Source: Ginkgo biloba (taxonomy: Eukaryota > Plantae > Ginkgophyta). From it: 20,580 nucleotides of DNA. Below the pieces are notes generated by a model. The model was not told the origin of the DNA. It worked only from the letters and a program-made list of their open reading frames with translations, and made no database searches. The stretch covers positions 5,958,045-5,978,624 of the forward strand of contig JANKJI020000002.1 in the NCBI GenBank assembly GCA_024626585.2, written 5' to 3'. Below are positions 10,514 through 20,580 of this stretch, piece after piece; within the stretch, counting starts at the first letter, position 1, and the number at the start of each line of letters is the position of its first letter. The translations under genes were made by a program, and so were the position numbers.

Positions 10514-11803
10514 AAAAAAAGGTGGGGTCCCCACGCTAGACGACCCGCGGGGTGTGTGAGTACTCAACAGATCTAAAGAATAATGATAATTATTAGCTTC
10601 AATTTCATAGTGGAAAGAAGTTAATGATATAAAAAATCCATAGAATTGGTATAAAAATAATCCATATTTGACTATTATGTCTAGGACCAAAATTTCTATT
10701 GGTGTTCTAGGGTTCCCTTGGTAAGCTCCTAGGGGTAACACCCTTTGCAGGAGTTTAACCCCAACGGCTTGGTATTATCATAAGGAAAAATTACACTTTA
10801 AAATATTGAAGTCTTATGATTTTTGCTAAGAAAATGTACATCATAGGAGTTTTCTTAAGGTTATAAGTACTTGTTAAAATTGCATACAATTACAACATTT
10901 TAAAGTATGATGACAAGTGACAAAGGAACAAGAATTCACATGTTTACAAGTTGAGAAAAGGTTGCATGTCAAATGAAACTATCCATGGAATCGTGTGCCA
11001 TGTGAGACGTGGATAATCGTCGTTCTTAATAGAGACTCAAGTTAAGCCTTGCCTCGAAACCTTACAACACCATAAAAAGTTGCAACATTATAAAGGGACA
11101 TAATAAGATCAACAACTAATATTAATCCTAATATATCAATGGTATGGATAGTAGCACCAAGCCATACAATATTGTTAAATGATAAGGGTCCCCAAAAGTT
11201 ACATAGAACTATAACAAATAACACAAGACATAATAACTTGGAAGGATACAAAGTCTTGAAAAATTACACATTATGGAAATTAGGAAACATAATGCTAAAG
11301 AGCTAATGGAATACCACCTCAACTATAATATCATTATTCTGTCCATATGGAAAAAATCCATGTCATCTAATTTTGGCCAAGAGTTGGAATAAATAGTTTT
11401 GTAATTACTTCAATAGTTACCAGTAGAAAGATTATAAAATCCCAGAATATATTAGAAGTAGGGGTTCTTCTTTCGTTTCTTTGAATATAGTTATTCAATC
11501 TCTAAAATTATTTATTCTTCAAAGATCAAGATTTAATCTTGATCTTTATTCTATAAATTATAATCTGATTCTCACATGAGACAGTAGTTTTGTACACTCT
11601 GATGTTTAATCCTAATTGGAGGGATACATGCTATGATTTTTGGACTTTAATTCCACCTTTAAAACTTGTTGTAAATATCAAAAAATCACTTCATTTTCTT
11701 TTCTTTAATATCTATAATCATTTACATATGATTGCCAACTATGAATACAATTTTTCTTGATTTTAATTCTAAAACTATTATACACATTTTAGGTTTTAGA
11801 TCA

Positions 11804-11948
11804 CATAATTCAAAGAATTCATTCACAATTTATCATTAAAATATAATATAATATCAATGAAAACATCCATAATAGTTCATAATAATATGTTATTCATTGA
11901 AGCTTCACTTCATTAACCACAACATCTAATAATATTACAAAGACTAAG
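11804..11948 (+). repeat. Dispersed repeat, copy B (partner at 644-789)
   Basis: About 81% identity to 644-789 by manual alignment, offset 11160 nt. Confidence 0.9.
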
Positions 11949-12100
11949 AGTAACTTTGTACAATCCTATAGCTCTTTACTCCTTTCAGAAACTAGAGCAT
12001 AAGTTGTGTCTTCAAATTCCTCTTACAAATATTATATAGATAACTATCCTATCCTTTCTCTTGCCTAAACTTTGATTCTTAAATATTTTACTAGGAAAAT

Positions 12101-12295
12101 TCATAATTTCTCTACATGAATAGTTGCAGCCATCATTTTGATCATTTTTGTCTTTATTTTGAAGATCAAGTAGTCTTCTCCTACCTTTTTGCTGAAGTTG
12201 GGGATTTGTAGGATTTCTCCTTCGACTCTTAGGTTGGATCTTAAGTCGTTTATTTCTCTCGTCTTGGAGGCCCACCCACCTTCACTCAGACACAT
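12101..12295 (-). pseudogene. Possible 5' start of gag or leader ORF downstream of a putative LTR/PBS
   Basis: A 64-aa ORF (MCLSEGGWASKTREINDLRSNLRVEGE...) starts about 24 nt downstream of the putative PBS on the same strand. Positional evidence only. Confidence 0.3.
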
Positions 12296-12318
12296 ACGTC
12301 TCTATCATGCTTGGCGAG

Positions 12319-12336
12319 GTCCCAACAATGAAACCA
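12319..12336 (-). promoter_or_regulatory. Degenerate primer-binding site candidate (Athila/Tat-type)
   Basis: The minus strand reads TGGTTTCATTGTTGGGAC, against the Athila-type PBS TGGCGCCGTTGCCGGGGA: 10/18 identical, with 6 of 8 differences being C>T or G>A transitions. It lies directly after the LTR-like segment. Confidence 0.35.
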
Positions 12337-12338
12337 AA

Positions 12339-12937
12339 CATTGACTAATAGTGGATCCTAGGTCAAAGCCCGCCATCCACAATGAGTTAGAACAAAAAAC
12401 ACAAGGATTAGCATGCAGTTATTATAGAAGGAAATCATATATTCATTACACGAAGATTAAGACACAAGTATGGAGTACAATCCTCATTTATTATTCATAA
12501 ATCAATGCACACCATACAGTAGCCTAGGGATAAGCCTCTCATTTAACCCTAGATGGATGCTCTTAGTTCTCACCTCTTGGAGCAAATTTCCCTTTTCTAT
12601 TTATATCTTTCTCCCTCCTATTAATTACAAATGATACATCTTTTTAAATGGCATGTCATAACCCTAATTACAACCTTTCATGTAATGATTCATGTCCTTT
12701 CATTTAATGCCCTAAATAATGTGCCTCATTTAATGCTTATTAAATGCACCTTATATCCTTCATTAAATTCATCTAATTATCCTTCATTTATTATGCCTCA
12801 CTAATGCTCAATAAATGCATCTTAAATCTTTCCTAATCATGATGTCATCAATCCCTCTTTATGCTTCGTTAATGCTACAAGAAACGTGGTTGTCATATTT
12901 CATTCAATGTGACTTTGTCCATTGTCATCACTATACA
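12339..12937 (-). mobile_element. Putative 5' LTR (about 600 bp) of a gypsy-type element
   Basis: The minus strand starts TGTATAGTGATG at 12937. A U3-like zone of short repeated motifs (cattta/taatgc, about 12700-12830) is followed by TATAAATA at 12605->12598 and AATAAA at 12492->12487, then a PBS-like 18-mer and an ORF. The 3' terminal CA is not intact. Confidence 0.55.
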
Positions 12938-12968
12938 AAAGGTTGGGGTGCTGAGCTACGAGGACTTC

Positions 12969-13060
12969 GAGGGGGAGCAAATGGGGTTGTTTGGGGAGCA
13001 AACGAACTACTCCCCCTTCAAAGAGTGAGTCCAACTCCCCCTCTGACCCATTTGAGGGTC
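12969..13060. repeat. Nested GC-rich inverted/direct repeats
   Basis: gagggggag (12969-12977) pairs with ctccccctc (13035-13043), and inner ggggag (12993-12998) with ctcccc (13010-13015). ggggagcaaa occurs twice. A gaccc-N6-gggtc hairpin lies at 13045-13060. Confidence 0.7.
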
Positions 13061-13381
13061 TAAGTTATTCTTAATAAATTAAAGAAGTTTCTATAATGTT
13101 TAGGGATTTTAAAGAATAGAAATATTTCACTCAAATGACAATTCTCATATTTCCAGTTATATGAAAAACATGTCTCTGCAACACTCTGATGATGTTATCC
13201 CATCAACGATATTTGATATAGTTGGTGTAGCACACTAAAATTTTATTCTTCTTGTTAACCCTCCTCTTTCTATCATCANNNNNNNNNNNNNNNNNNNNNN
13301 NNNNNNNNNNNNNNNNNNNNNNNNNNNNNNNNNNNNNNNNNNNNNNNNNNNNNNNNNNNNNNNNNNNNNNNNNNNNNNGCC

Positions 13382-13516
13382 TTGTTGTGTATCTTTACAC
13401 AACAATATACCTATCTAATCAATTATAGTCTATAACTACACATAATAAAACCAAGTAAAAACTAATCCATCTTTGAGGTGGTAATACCTCAAAGAAATCT
13501 CTTTGACAAAAAGAGA
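13382..13516. repeat. Cluster of four short perfect inverted repeats
   Basis: ttgttgtgta-tctt-tacacaacaa (13382-13405); ttatag-t-ctataa (13423-13435); tctttgaggt-ggtaat-acctcaaaga (13470-13495); tctcttt-gacaa-aaagaga (13498-13516). Confidence 0.85.
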
Positions 13517-14421
13517 ATCTGACAATTGAGTCATGACATGTGAAAAATCACCATCAACTAAATATAAATATTTCTACTCAGGAAAGCCAAAGTAAGAGGA
13601 ATATAATGCCTATAACATGGAGTGGATTGGTGGTATACTAAGGAAATTTGACACTATATTGATGCTTCCCTTCTTATACTTGATGATGATGTGGAAATAC
13701 TATATACACCCTATCTAATTGACCAACTAATGGTACTCTAATCTAGTTTAAGAGTGAAGAAATTATTAAGGTTGATGGTATGCATGAATGATGGCATCCT
13801 TCCCAAGGATATAATTCTTCCAATATTTCACTACTCAAATAATAACGTAAATATCCTTGTGATACATACTATACCTTATCTAAAAATGACTTTGAATGGT
13901 AGGCAAATTTTAGATTGCCTAACTATGTTAAGACTTCACATATAGCATGTCCTAATGCATCTTCCTCCACCTCAAAAGGAAAATAAAGAATATGCATAAC
14001 TAAGACTAGTGATATACATAATTGATACTTTATTAAGTCAAAATAATCCTATTGGGATTTACCACAAGTGAAGGATAAATTAGACTTTGTAATAAAATAA
14101 AGAGAAGAATAAATATAAAAAGAAATAGATATAAACTTTTAATAAAAGATAGCCAAACCCCAAAAAATTGCACAACTCATAGACATTGGTTGGTTTCCCC
14201 CAATCCTTCAAGAACTCTATTTGAATTTGTTCTCATCAATGATAAATATAATTTAGAAAATAGTATTCATGGTGAAGATACACTTATTTATATTATCCTA
14301 AAGCTAATGGATCCTTAACTTCTGTTTAACTTTCTCAATATGAAAAAAGTATTTTTCCCAAGTGAAGATCAATATAAGTATGCCATAAAGATATATTATG
14401 AAAAATAATACATTTTCTCTA

Positions 14422-14768
14422 TGTTGGAGCAGGAATATCATAATCATTTCATCTGCTTCTTGTGTGATAGGGATTCGCAAGTCTGGACACGTAGATAACA
14501 CCACCTCTCTTTCTTGATGGGTTCGCTAAGAATGACTGCATTTGAAGAAAAAGCACATCATAACAGCCTCGACAGAAGGTTTGAGTCACCAAGTAGAGAG
14601 TATAGGAGCATTCCTAGCCTTATTCGCAGCACTGATACCAAGGGCCCTCGCTTGGATGATGACCCCAATGAATGATTGATCGCTTCGAATATCCCTGTCA
14701 AATGCAAATGGCTCCAAGCTGGGCCAATAGACATGACATAATGCCAACGACTCATTTATTCTTTAACA
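14422..14768. mobile_element. Candidate solo LTR (347 bp)
   Basis: A GC-richer block with sharp edges, bounded by TGTT...AACA (TGTTGGAG / CTTTAACA). The flanking 5-mers ctcta and ttata match at only 3/5, so the TSD is unproven. Confidence 0.45.
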
Positions 14769-15569
14769 TTATAAATTTAAATTAGGAATAGTCCAATTGA
14801 GTATTCCTTCACATTCATCTTTCTAAGCATTACAAAACACACATGTATAATATAACATGTATACGGATTTATTAAAAAATGAAAAATGCATGGCATACCA
14901 CAACCATTATTACATATATAATTATAATATATAAAATTTAATTTAAGATAATTGGTTGGGTTGCAATATTATTATTAAGGAGCTAGGTTTTTTGCATTGA
15001 ATAATGATTGGAAATACCATGGTAATTAGAGGGGTATGCGCCTCCCTTAATATCAAATAGGCTTCTTATTTCTTAGGACATATCAGTGTTATAATAATCT
15101 AAATAATAATATAAAAATTCAATGAATGAATGGGTCATATTATCCAACATATTTATTCATCCATAGATTAGGTTTTGAATAAGTGGATTTGTGGTGATAG
15201 TCAAGCCCACCATTTAAATAGGATTCTAGAATAAGTTTAATTTGACCAATTGATCAAATCCAGTTTTAAATCAACCTACAATTAATGTGAGAATCTAGAA
15301 TGCAAATACACTAGGATATAGGATGTAATTATATTCTACATATATCCATTATAATTTTATCTCAAATAATTTGCAAAAAGATTATTTGGAGTTTAGAAAA
15401 TTTGTATAATCTAAATTTGATTACAAAATTCTACATTTTAGAATATAAACATGTATAAGAATTCATATATAATCTCTTCTATGAAATTAAAAGTTTAATA
15501 TTTATTTGCTTACCAATTTGAGAGTGTATGCTGCTGTATTCTATTTTTTTTGACAAGATTATAGTATAA

Positions 15570-16080
15570 GGATGACATCCAAGGAGATAAGTTGTCTATA
15601 ATGAAAATTAGAAGACTTCACTCAGGTATAACCTAGAATTTATTTTCAAGTCATAATTTCCTATTTTTTAAACGACTTCAAATTTAGGTAGATGAATAAC
15701 ATTCATTTCTCACACCATTATCCTAATTGATCAAGTGTATTATATATATGAAAAGGTCTTAACAAGAAATAAATTCTGAAAAATTTTGGACCTTTACTCT
15801 CTTTCTAAAGATATTAAAAGGCTATTGTAGATCCTAAAAAATACTATGGATCCCTATATTTTGTATAATAATTGTGCAACTATTAGAGCATTAAGGATCT
15901 CTAAGAAAATGTTTTTAAAAATAATTATGAATTCTTCTTCAAGTTTTGAGACTTTGATGTACCATAAAGAGGAGCGATAAAAAAATATTCCTAATAATGT
16001 AATAGAAGAAATATTAACCCTTAAGGAATATAAGAATAAAAAAGTTGAGATTTTGACTAACCTCATCATAAGCTCTTTAA
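15570..16080 (+). pseudogene. Decayed retroelement accessory ORF, probable second member of the family at 3080-4483
   Basis: Frameshifted peptide fragments: LFSSHNFLFFKRLQI*VDE (15640-15696), LSKDIKRLL*ILKNTMDPYILYNNCATIRA (15801-15890) and IEEILTLKEY...DFD*PHH (about 16000-16070). The middle fragment loosely parallels RVLEECKK*LEKFGDFFEREDY/TIFKVY in copy 1. Recognition is by recalled motif pattern only. Confidence 0.35.
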
Positions 16081-16569
16081 AATCTATTGTATGTGACACC
16101 TCCAACTCCTTAAAATTTATAATTCAAGATTCTTTGTTCTAAGTTTCATAGAAAGGAAAATATGTGGGCTTATCAGAATAAATCACATATTTTCACAAAA
16201 TACATACATGTTCCATAGTTTGAATTTTTATAAAAATCAAGTGATTTCCTTTAAATAACTCACGAGTTTTCCTTTTTATAAAATATGTTCAAAAAACAAA
16301 AAAATACATGCACACAAAATTATGAAATCTATCACATGTGAATCATTTATACTTTTTGTACCTTTACCAAGAATCTTTATAATTATTCCTCCAAGTATGA
16401 ATCAACATTTTACACTTTAAATAAAATAAGAAAACATTTCCACTCATAGATGTGAATATATTTAACAAATAATCATTCTAGTATTCCATGGCCTTATATA
16501 ATCATGTGTACAATCTTGAATTTAATGGTGTCTTTTGAGTTTCCTATTACCATAAGCACACGCATTTAA

Positions 16570-17280
16570 ATACTTTCTCCTACTTTTGCTTAACATCTAG
16601 GTAATCCTAAACCAATGAGAATTGAATTAAAACTCCTCATGTTTTAAGTAAAAACTAGCATATAAGGGGAGCTAACTAATTTAAACCAATAGATTATCAT
16701 GCACCACTTGCTAAGATTTAAGATGATGCTAGATTTAGAAATGCACAATGTGTACAAAGAGTTGTTCAAGTAAATAAGTAAGAAATTTTATAATTTTATT
16801 ATGGGATGAGAAAAGAAAGTGAAAATGAATTACTAATGTGAGGGTATTATTTGATTTTTAAGGGTTATTATATAGCCATGATGTTTCCATGACAAATTTA
16901 GTTTGTACCCAATTAGTAGGTAGGTTGGCCTTAGTACTATTTAGTGGCATTCATTCCTATCTCATGATTGTTAGTGAACTCATATGGCTTCTAACTAATC
17001 CTAAGCAAATGAAATTCAAGTGAGCCAATGCCCACTTCACAAATGATGACACAATATTGTATAAACCACCAAATGCTATTCTATGGGTACTTTAGATTAC
17101 TTAGAACCCATAAGCAATCCATAAAACTCTTACTTATACTCCATAAGTAATCACCCATCTTATGGAATTGGTTGAATGCCCGTATTATTTTGTATAATAA
17201 ATAGTTATCCTCCCATGGTAGAAAAATAGAATATGTCTTGGCATAAATGGGTAGGTACATACTTGTAAAAATGTAACATT
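16570..17280 (+). mobile_element. pol: Second, more degraded Ty3/gypsy pol remnant (RNase H to integrase zinc-binding region)
   Basis: Ordered fragments across frames: SPTFA*HLGNPKPMRIE (16576-16626), VLSKN...FKPIDYH, ELFK*ISKKFYNFIMG*EKKVKMNY* (to 16836; compare KKFRHYL.G..F.V.TDHQ), LVGRLA, AHFTNDDTILYK (about 17030-17065) and a TCK.C-like remnant near 17260-17277. Confidence 0.6.
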
Positions 17281-18349
17281 ATATATCAACAATAGAAAAC
17301 TAAGTTCTTAAATAGAAGAAGCTTATAGATTATGAGTTCAAAAGAGAGCAAGATATGAGAATGGAGAATGAATGATTATCACTAACACTTTTATTTTCTT
17401 AAATAAGAGAGTCTATACTAATCTATGTTTAATTTGAAGTAAAGGATAATTGCTAGCTTCAAATTTTCAAGCCAATAATCTTAAGCAAAGCCACAAAATG
17501 GTCATAAAATTAGTTATTGTTGATTACTAGCTCTATGACCAAAATTACCAATGAGGTTCAAAAGATAATGTATCTTAGTAGGGTCCTAATGTTTTCACCC
17601 CTTATGGGGGGTTGATCTACACAGCCTAAGAGACCACATGTAGAAAAAAATATCATAGGAAATTGTAGAAGTTAAACAAATATACAAAAATGCAACAAGT
17701 CCTCACAACACCTACAAGTCCTAATATGGACTTTGAGCAGAAGAATAAATTTAGATAATTTATCCATTTCCATGATGAATGATAAAGTATAAATCTAAAT
17801 TAATTTAAAGTCTCCATATATTACAACTTGAGAATCCTATGGTAGATCGATAAAAGATTACTCTTGTAAGATGGATAATTCATCTAAAATTCAATAAAAA
17901 TTAAGGTTACATTAGAGAAAGTTACCAAGTTAGAAAGAACAATAAAATTTTAAGAAGTTATGATATAATAAAGGACTTTAATAAATATGAAGGGACCTAA
18001 CTCAAATCAATTATTGAGATTGACTCTAATATATCAACAATACAAAATTGAGTATAAAGTTGAGAGAGGTTTTAAAAATTTAAGATGCCCAAATAAGTAA
18101 TAAAGGATTTAAGAAATAAAAAAGGTCTAATTCTATGCCAAGACACTTTAAAACCTTTTCATACTCTATCTTAGGCTTTATAGCAACTCCTTTACCACAC
18201 AACAATTGTCCATGACATCTAAGTTCAACCAAGAAGTTGAGATGAATAATTTTGTAATTTCATTAAGAGTCATGGCTAGAATATTATAAAATCTCTCTAG
18301 AACTTAGAAATAGGGTGTGATAAAGATTGGGGATTTTAAGGTCACTTTA

Positions 18350-19199
18350 TGTAATGAGGGATCGCCTGTGACTCTCAAAATAACACCCTGGGGTAGATTA
18401 GGGATAATTATTCAATAATAGTGCCTTTAGGCACCTTTCATGTAATTATTTTATCCATAATTAATAAAAGAAGTTACTTAACTCTATCTTTGTATAGGTC
18501 TCTATCCTCCTTGTCAACTTACGACAAAGTTTTTCAACTTCTTGAGCCTCTTCAACATTCAAATCCATCCAAAAGATAACGTTCCCACCTTTTCTATGAC
18601 TTAAATAGTGTTTTTAATTGCGAAACACTCACATTGCCTTTTTGCATGCTATTGAGTGGATAGCCGCTCAATTACGCATAATTGGACGGCTACCCTTTTC
18701 CATTGCATGCAAATCAATGACATGTAAAAAATCTAACAAAAAAAAATAAAATTAAGCAGTTAGTTCCCGACAAATTTTGGGTTGGTTCTAACTGCCTCAT
18801 CCCAACCACGTTGATTACATGGAAGTCTTGAGGCATCCATTATCTCATTGACTTGCATTTAGGCTTAGACCTAACCTCAACCCTATAAATAGGGTTTGGT
18901 TTTACCAACAAAGGGTAGACCAAATAATGTAAAGTTATGTTGCCAAATTACTAGTCCTATCATCTGCATCTTATGATACCTTATTTCCTATTACTACTAT
19001 ATTTCCATTCTCCTTTTCTACATTCTATGCTTCTCTACCTTCTTGGGAGCTTAAGAAAATTTGGCATTAGGATTTCCTATTTCTTATAGGTTGTGACTAG
19101 TAATCTTCCTACCACTCTTAATACCTGATTGGCTCATTCTATTTGTTTCCCTTATTCATAGCAAAGAAGCTCATATTTCCAATTCTATGTGTAAGTAAT
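18350..19199 (+). mobile_element. LTR-like segment with TATA box
   Basis: Starts TGTAATG at 18350. CTATAAATAG at 18883-18892 is followed by a pyrimidine-rich R/U5-like region. No ORFs. Boundaries uncertain. Confidence 0.35.
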
Positions 19200-20580
19200 T
19201 GTAATTTATTTTTCTCGATTTTCCTATTTTAATTTAGATAGGAAAATAAAGAGAGAAATATAATTTAATTCCTTAATTAAATCACCAAAATAATTTGGGT
19301 TAAATAATTAGGAATTATTTTCTTTCCTTTTTGTGCATTCATTGGGATCATTTGTCCCTATCTTCATATAACATTTGAGGGACATCGATATCTTGCCAAA
19401 CCTTGGAGACTAGATCTAATTTTTCATATAAATAAGATATGATATCTAATTAGGTCCTTCCAGACCTTTAGCTACATCCCACTATAAAGGGGATCTTCCT
19501 CATGCTAGGAGGAACCTCTTCCTTGTTTTCATGTGAATTTAGTAGGTGGGGGGTTACATCATTTTATTTTTCTTTTTTTCTAATTACATATCATACTAGG
19601 AAGTATAAAACTCATTCACTCACATTTCATCCACACACCTAGATCAGGATTCCAATCTCATTTGGGTCCTCTCTTGAAGGTCAAGTTTGCTATGCTTATT
19701 TGAGACTTTCATAGCCTCTCAAGCCTTTTAATGGGGATTTATCTTATAAATCCCCTCTCTAGACAGACCTCTTATCTTCCTCTTTATTAAAGAAGGGAGG
19801 AACCAAGTCCTGCATTCATCTTATGTACATTAAATTAAGAAAGCTAAAGGGTGGAACCTTGCATTAGTTTTTCTTACATCATGCATAATGTTAATGGTTC
19901 AGGTGCATCTTTTAGGTTTGATATAGAATATCATATGAATGGTTTACCGTGGTGCATAATGTACATATTTATTTCTAGAAACACACACTAGAAATAGGTA
20001 TGAATTGATATCTTACTTAAGTTTCTTATATAGGAACACACAACTTCATGTACACACATGATTAAACATGCATTCATCATGTGTGGAAGTGTGCTATGGG
20101 ATATCCCTATGCCTCCTAGCTTTTAGGCTGATCGCTTTATGATCAAATTAGGAATGAGTAATTTACTCTTTAGTGCACATTTTGGTGACTCCACTAGGCA
20201 CTACAAATCATAGTCCACCCTCAAAATCTTGCCCTTTCCCTTTCCTCTTAATCAGGTCCTTAGGTAGGTCTTAGGTGATTACTATTAAACCCTATCTTAG
20301 ATACTATATATTATATTGTTTAGATTAAGATCCCCCGTGTTCTACAAGGCCCCTTTTATTCATTTTTCCTAGCCAACAATAGATGAATGTAGGCGGGGAA
20401 AATGATCTCTATGCATCATTTATGCCCCTTGTGGGACCCTAAACAACAAATATTAGGGTTGGAGAGCCTTGTTTCCTAGGGTGATTCCTAAGGAATTTTA
20501 TGAACCATAGTCAAGGAATCAAAGCTTTGTTACCCCTATCTGGTAACATGGGATGACACTATGCATGTCCTCTAGGGTTT
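19200..20580 (+). mobile_element. LTR-like segment rich in hairpins, running off the window end
   Basis: Starts TGTAAT at 19200, with AT-rich inverted repeats at 19218-19247 and 19266-19317 and CTATAAAG at 19482-19489. Non-coding in all six frames. Confidence 0.35.

Noticed and set aside
10820-11400. Possible gag C-terminus with a zinc-knuckle-like FCPYGKNPCHLI near 11337-11372
   Set aside because: Only one loose motif with many stops around it; not enough to call.
13140-13278. Minus-strand DDRKRR...ILVC, reminiscent of a hAT transposase segment
   Set aside because: The match is limited to a few residues and the flanking conserved positions are absent.
8309-15046. Short GGGG-N5-7-CC(C) mini-hairpin motifs at 8309-8325, 10731-10747 and 15029-15046
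   Set aside because: Too short and too divergent to establish as one repeat family from this window.
17600-18340. A-rich plus-strand stretch that may be a decayed coiled-coil ORF
   Set aside because: No sustained frame or recognisable motif; compositional impression only.
19733-19762. Helitron 3' end (hairpin followed by CTAG at 19759-19762)
   Set aside because: The hairpin-to-CTAG spacing is only 3 nt, the next base is A rather than T, and no matching 5' TC end can be defined.

Overview
AT-rich eukaryotic genomic DNA, most likely from a large plant genome. The retroelement decay products look gymnosperm/conifer-like, but that assignment is inference. The scaffold has eight N-gaps (1029-1128, 2454-2745, 3726-3766, 4484-5329, 6449-6548, 7850-7949, 9554-9653, 13279-13378). 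Five are exactly 100 N, probably placeholders of unknown size, so adjacency across them is uncertain. I find no intact protein-coding gene, RNA gene or CRISPR array, and all listed ORFs over 100 aa are N-run artefacts. The window is a nested graveyard of decayed transposable elements. It holds one unambiguous Ty3/gypsy RNase H-integrase remnant (8441-9553, with an in-frame internal deletion) and a second, older gypsy pol remnant (about 16570-17280). It also holds a possible gag remnant, two decayed copies of what seems to be one retroelement accessory-ORF family, several LTR-like segments and two poly(A)-tailed non-LTR 3' ends. A composite 17/35-bp tandem array, a 146-bp dispersed repeat pair and a GC-richer decayed ORF of unknown family (9654-10513) complete the inventory. 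I see no convincing new biological system. The best leads are the unassigned decayed ORFs, the composite array, the hairpin clusters and the strong CA->TA decay signature.
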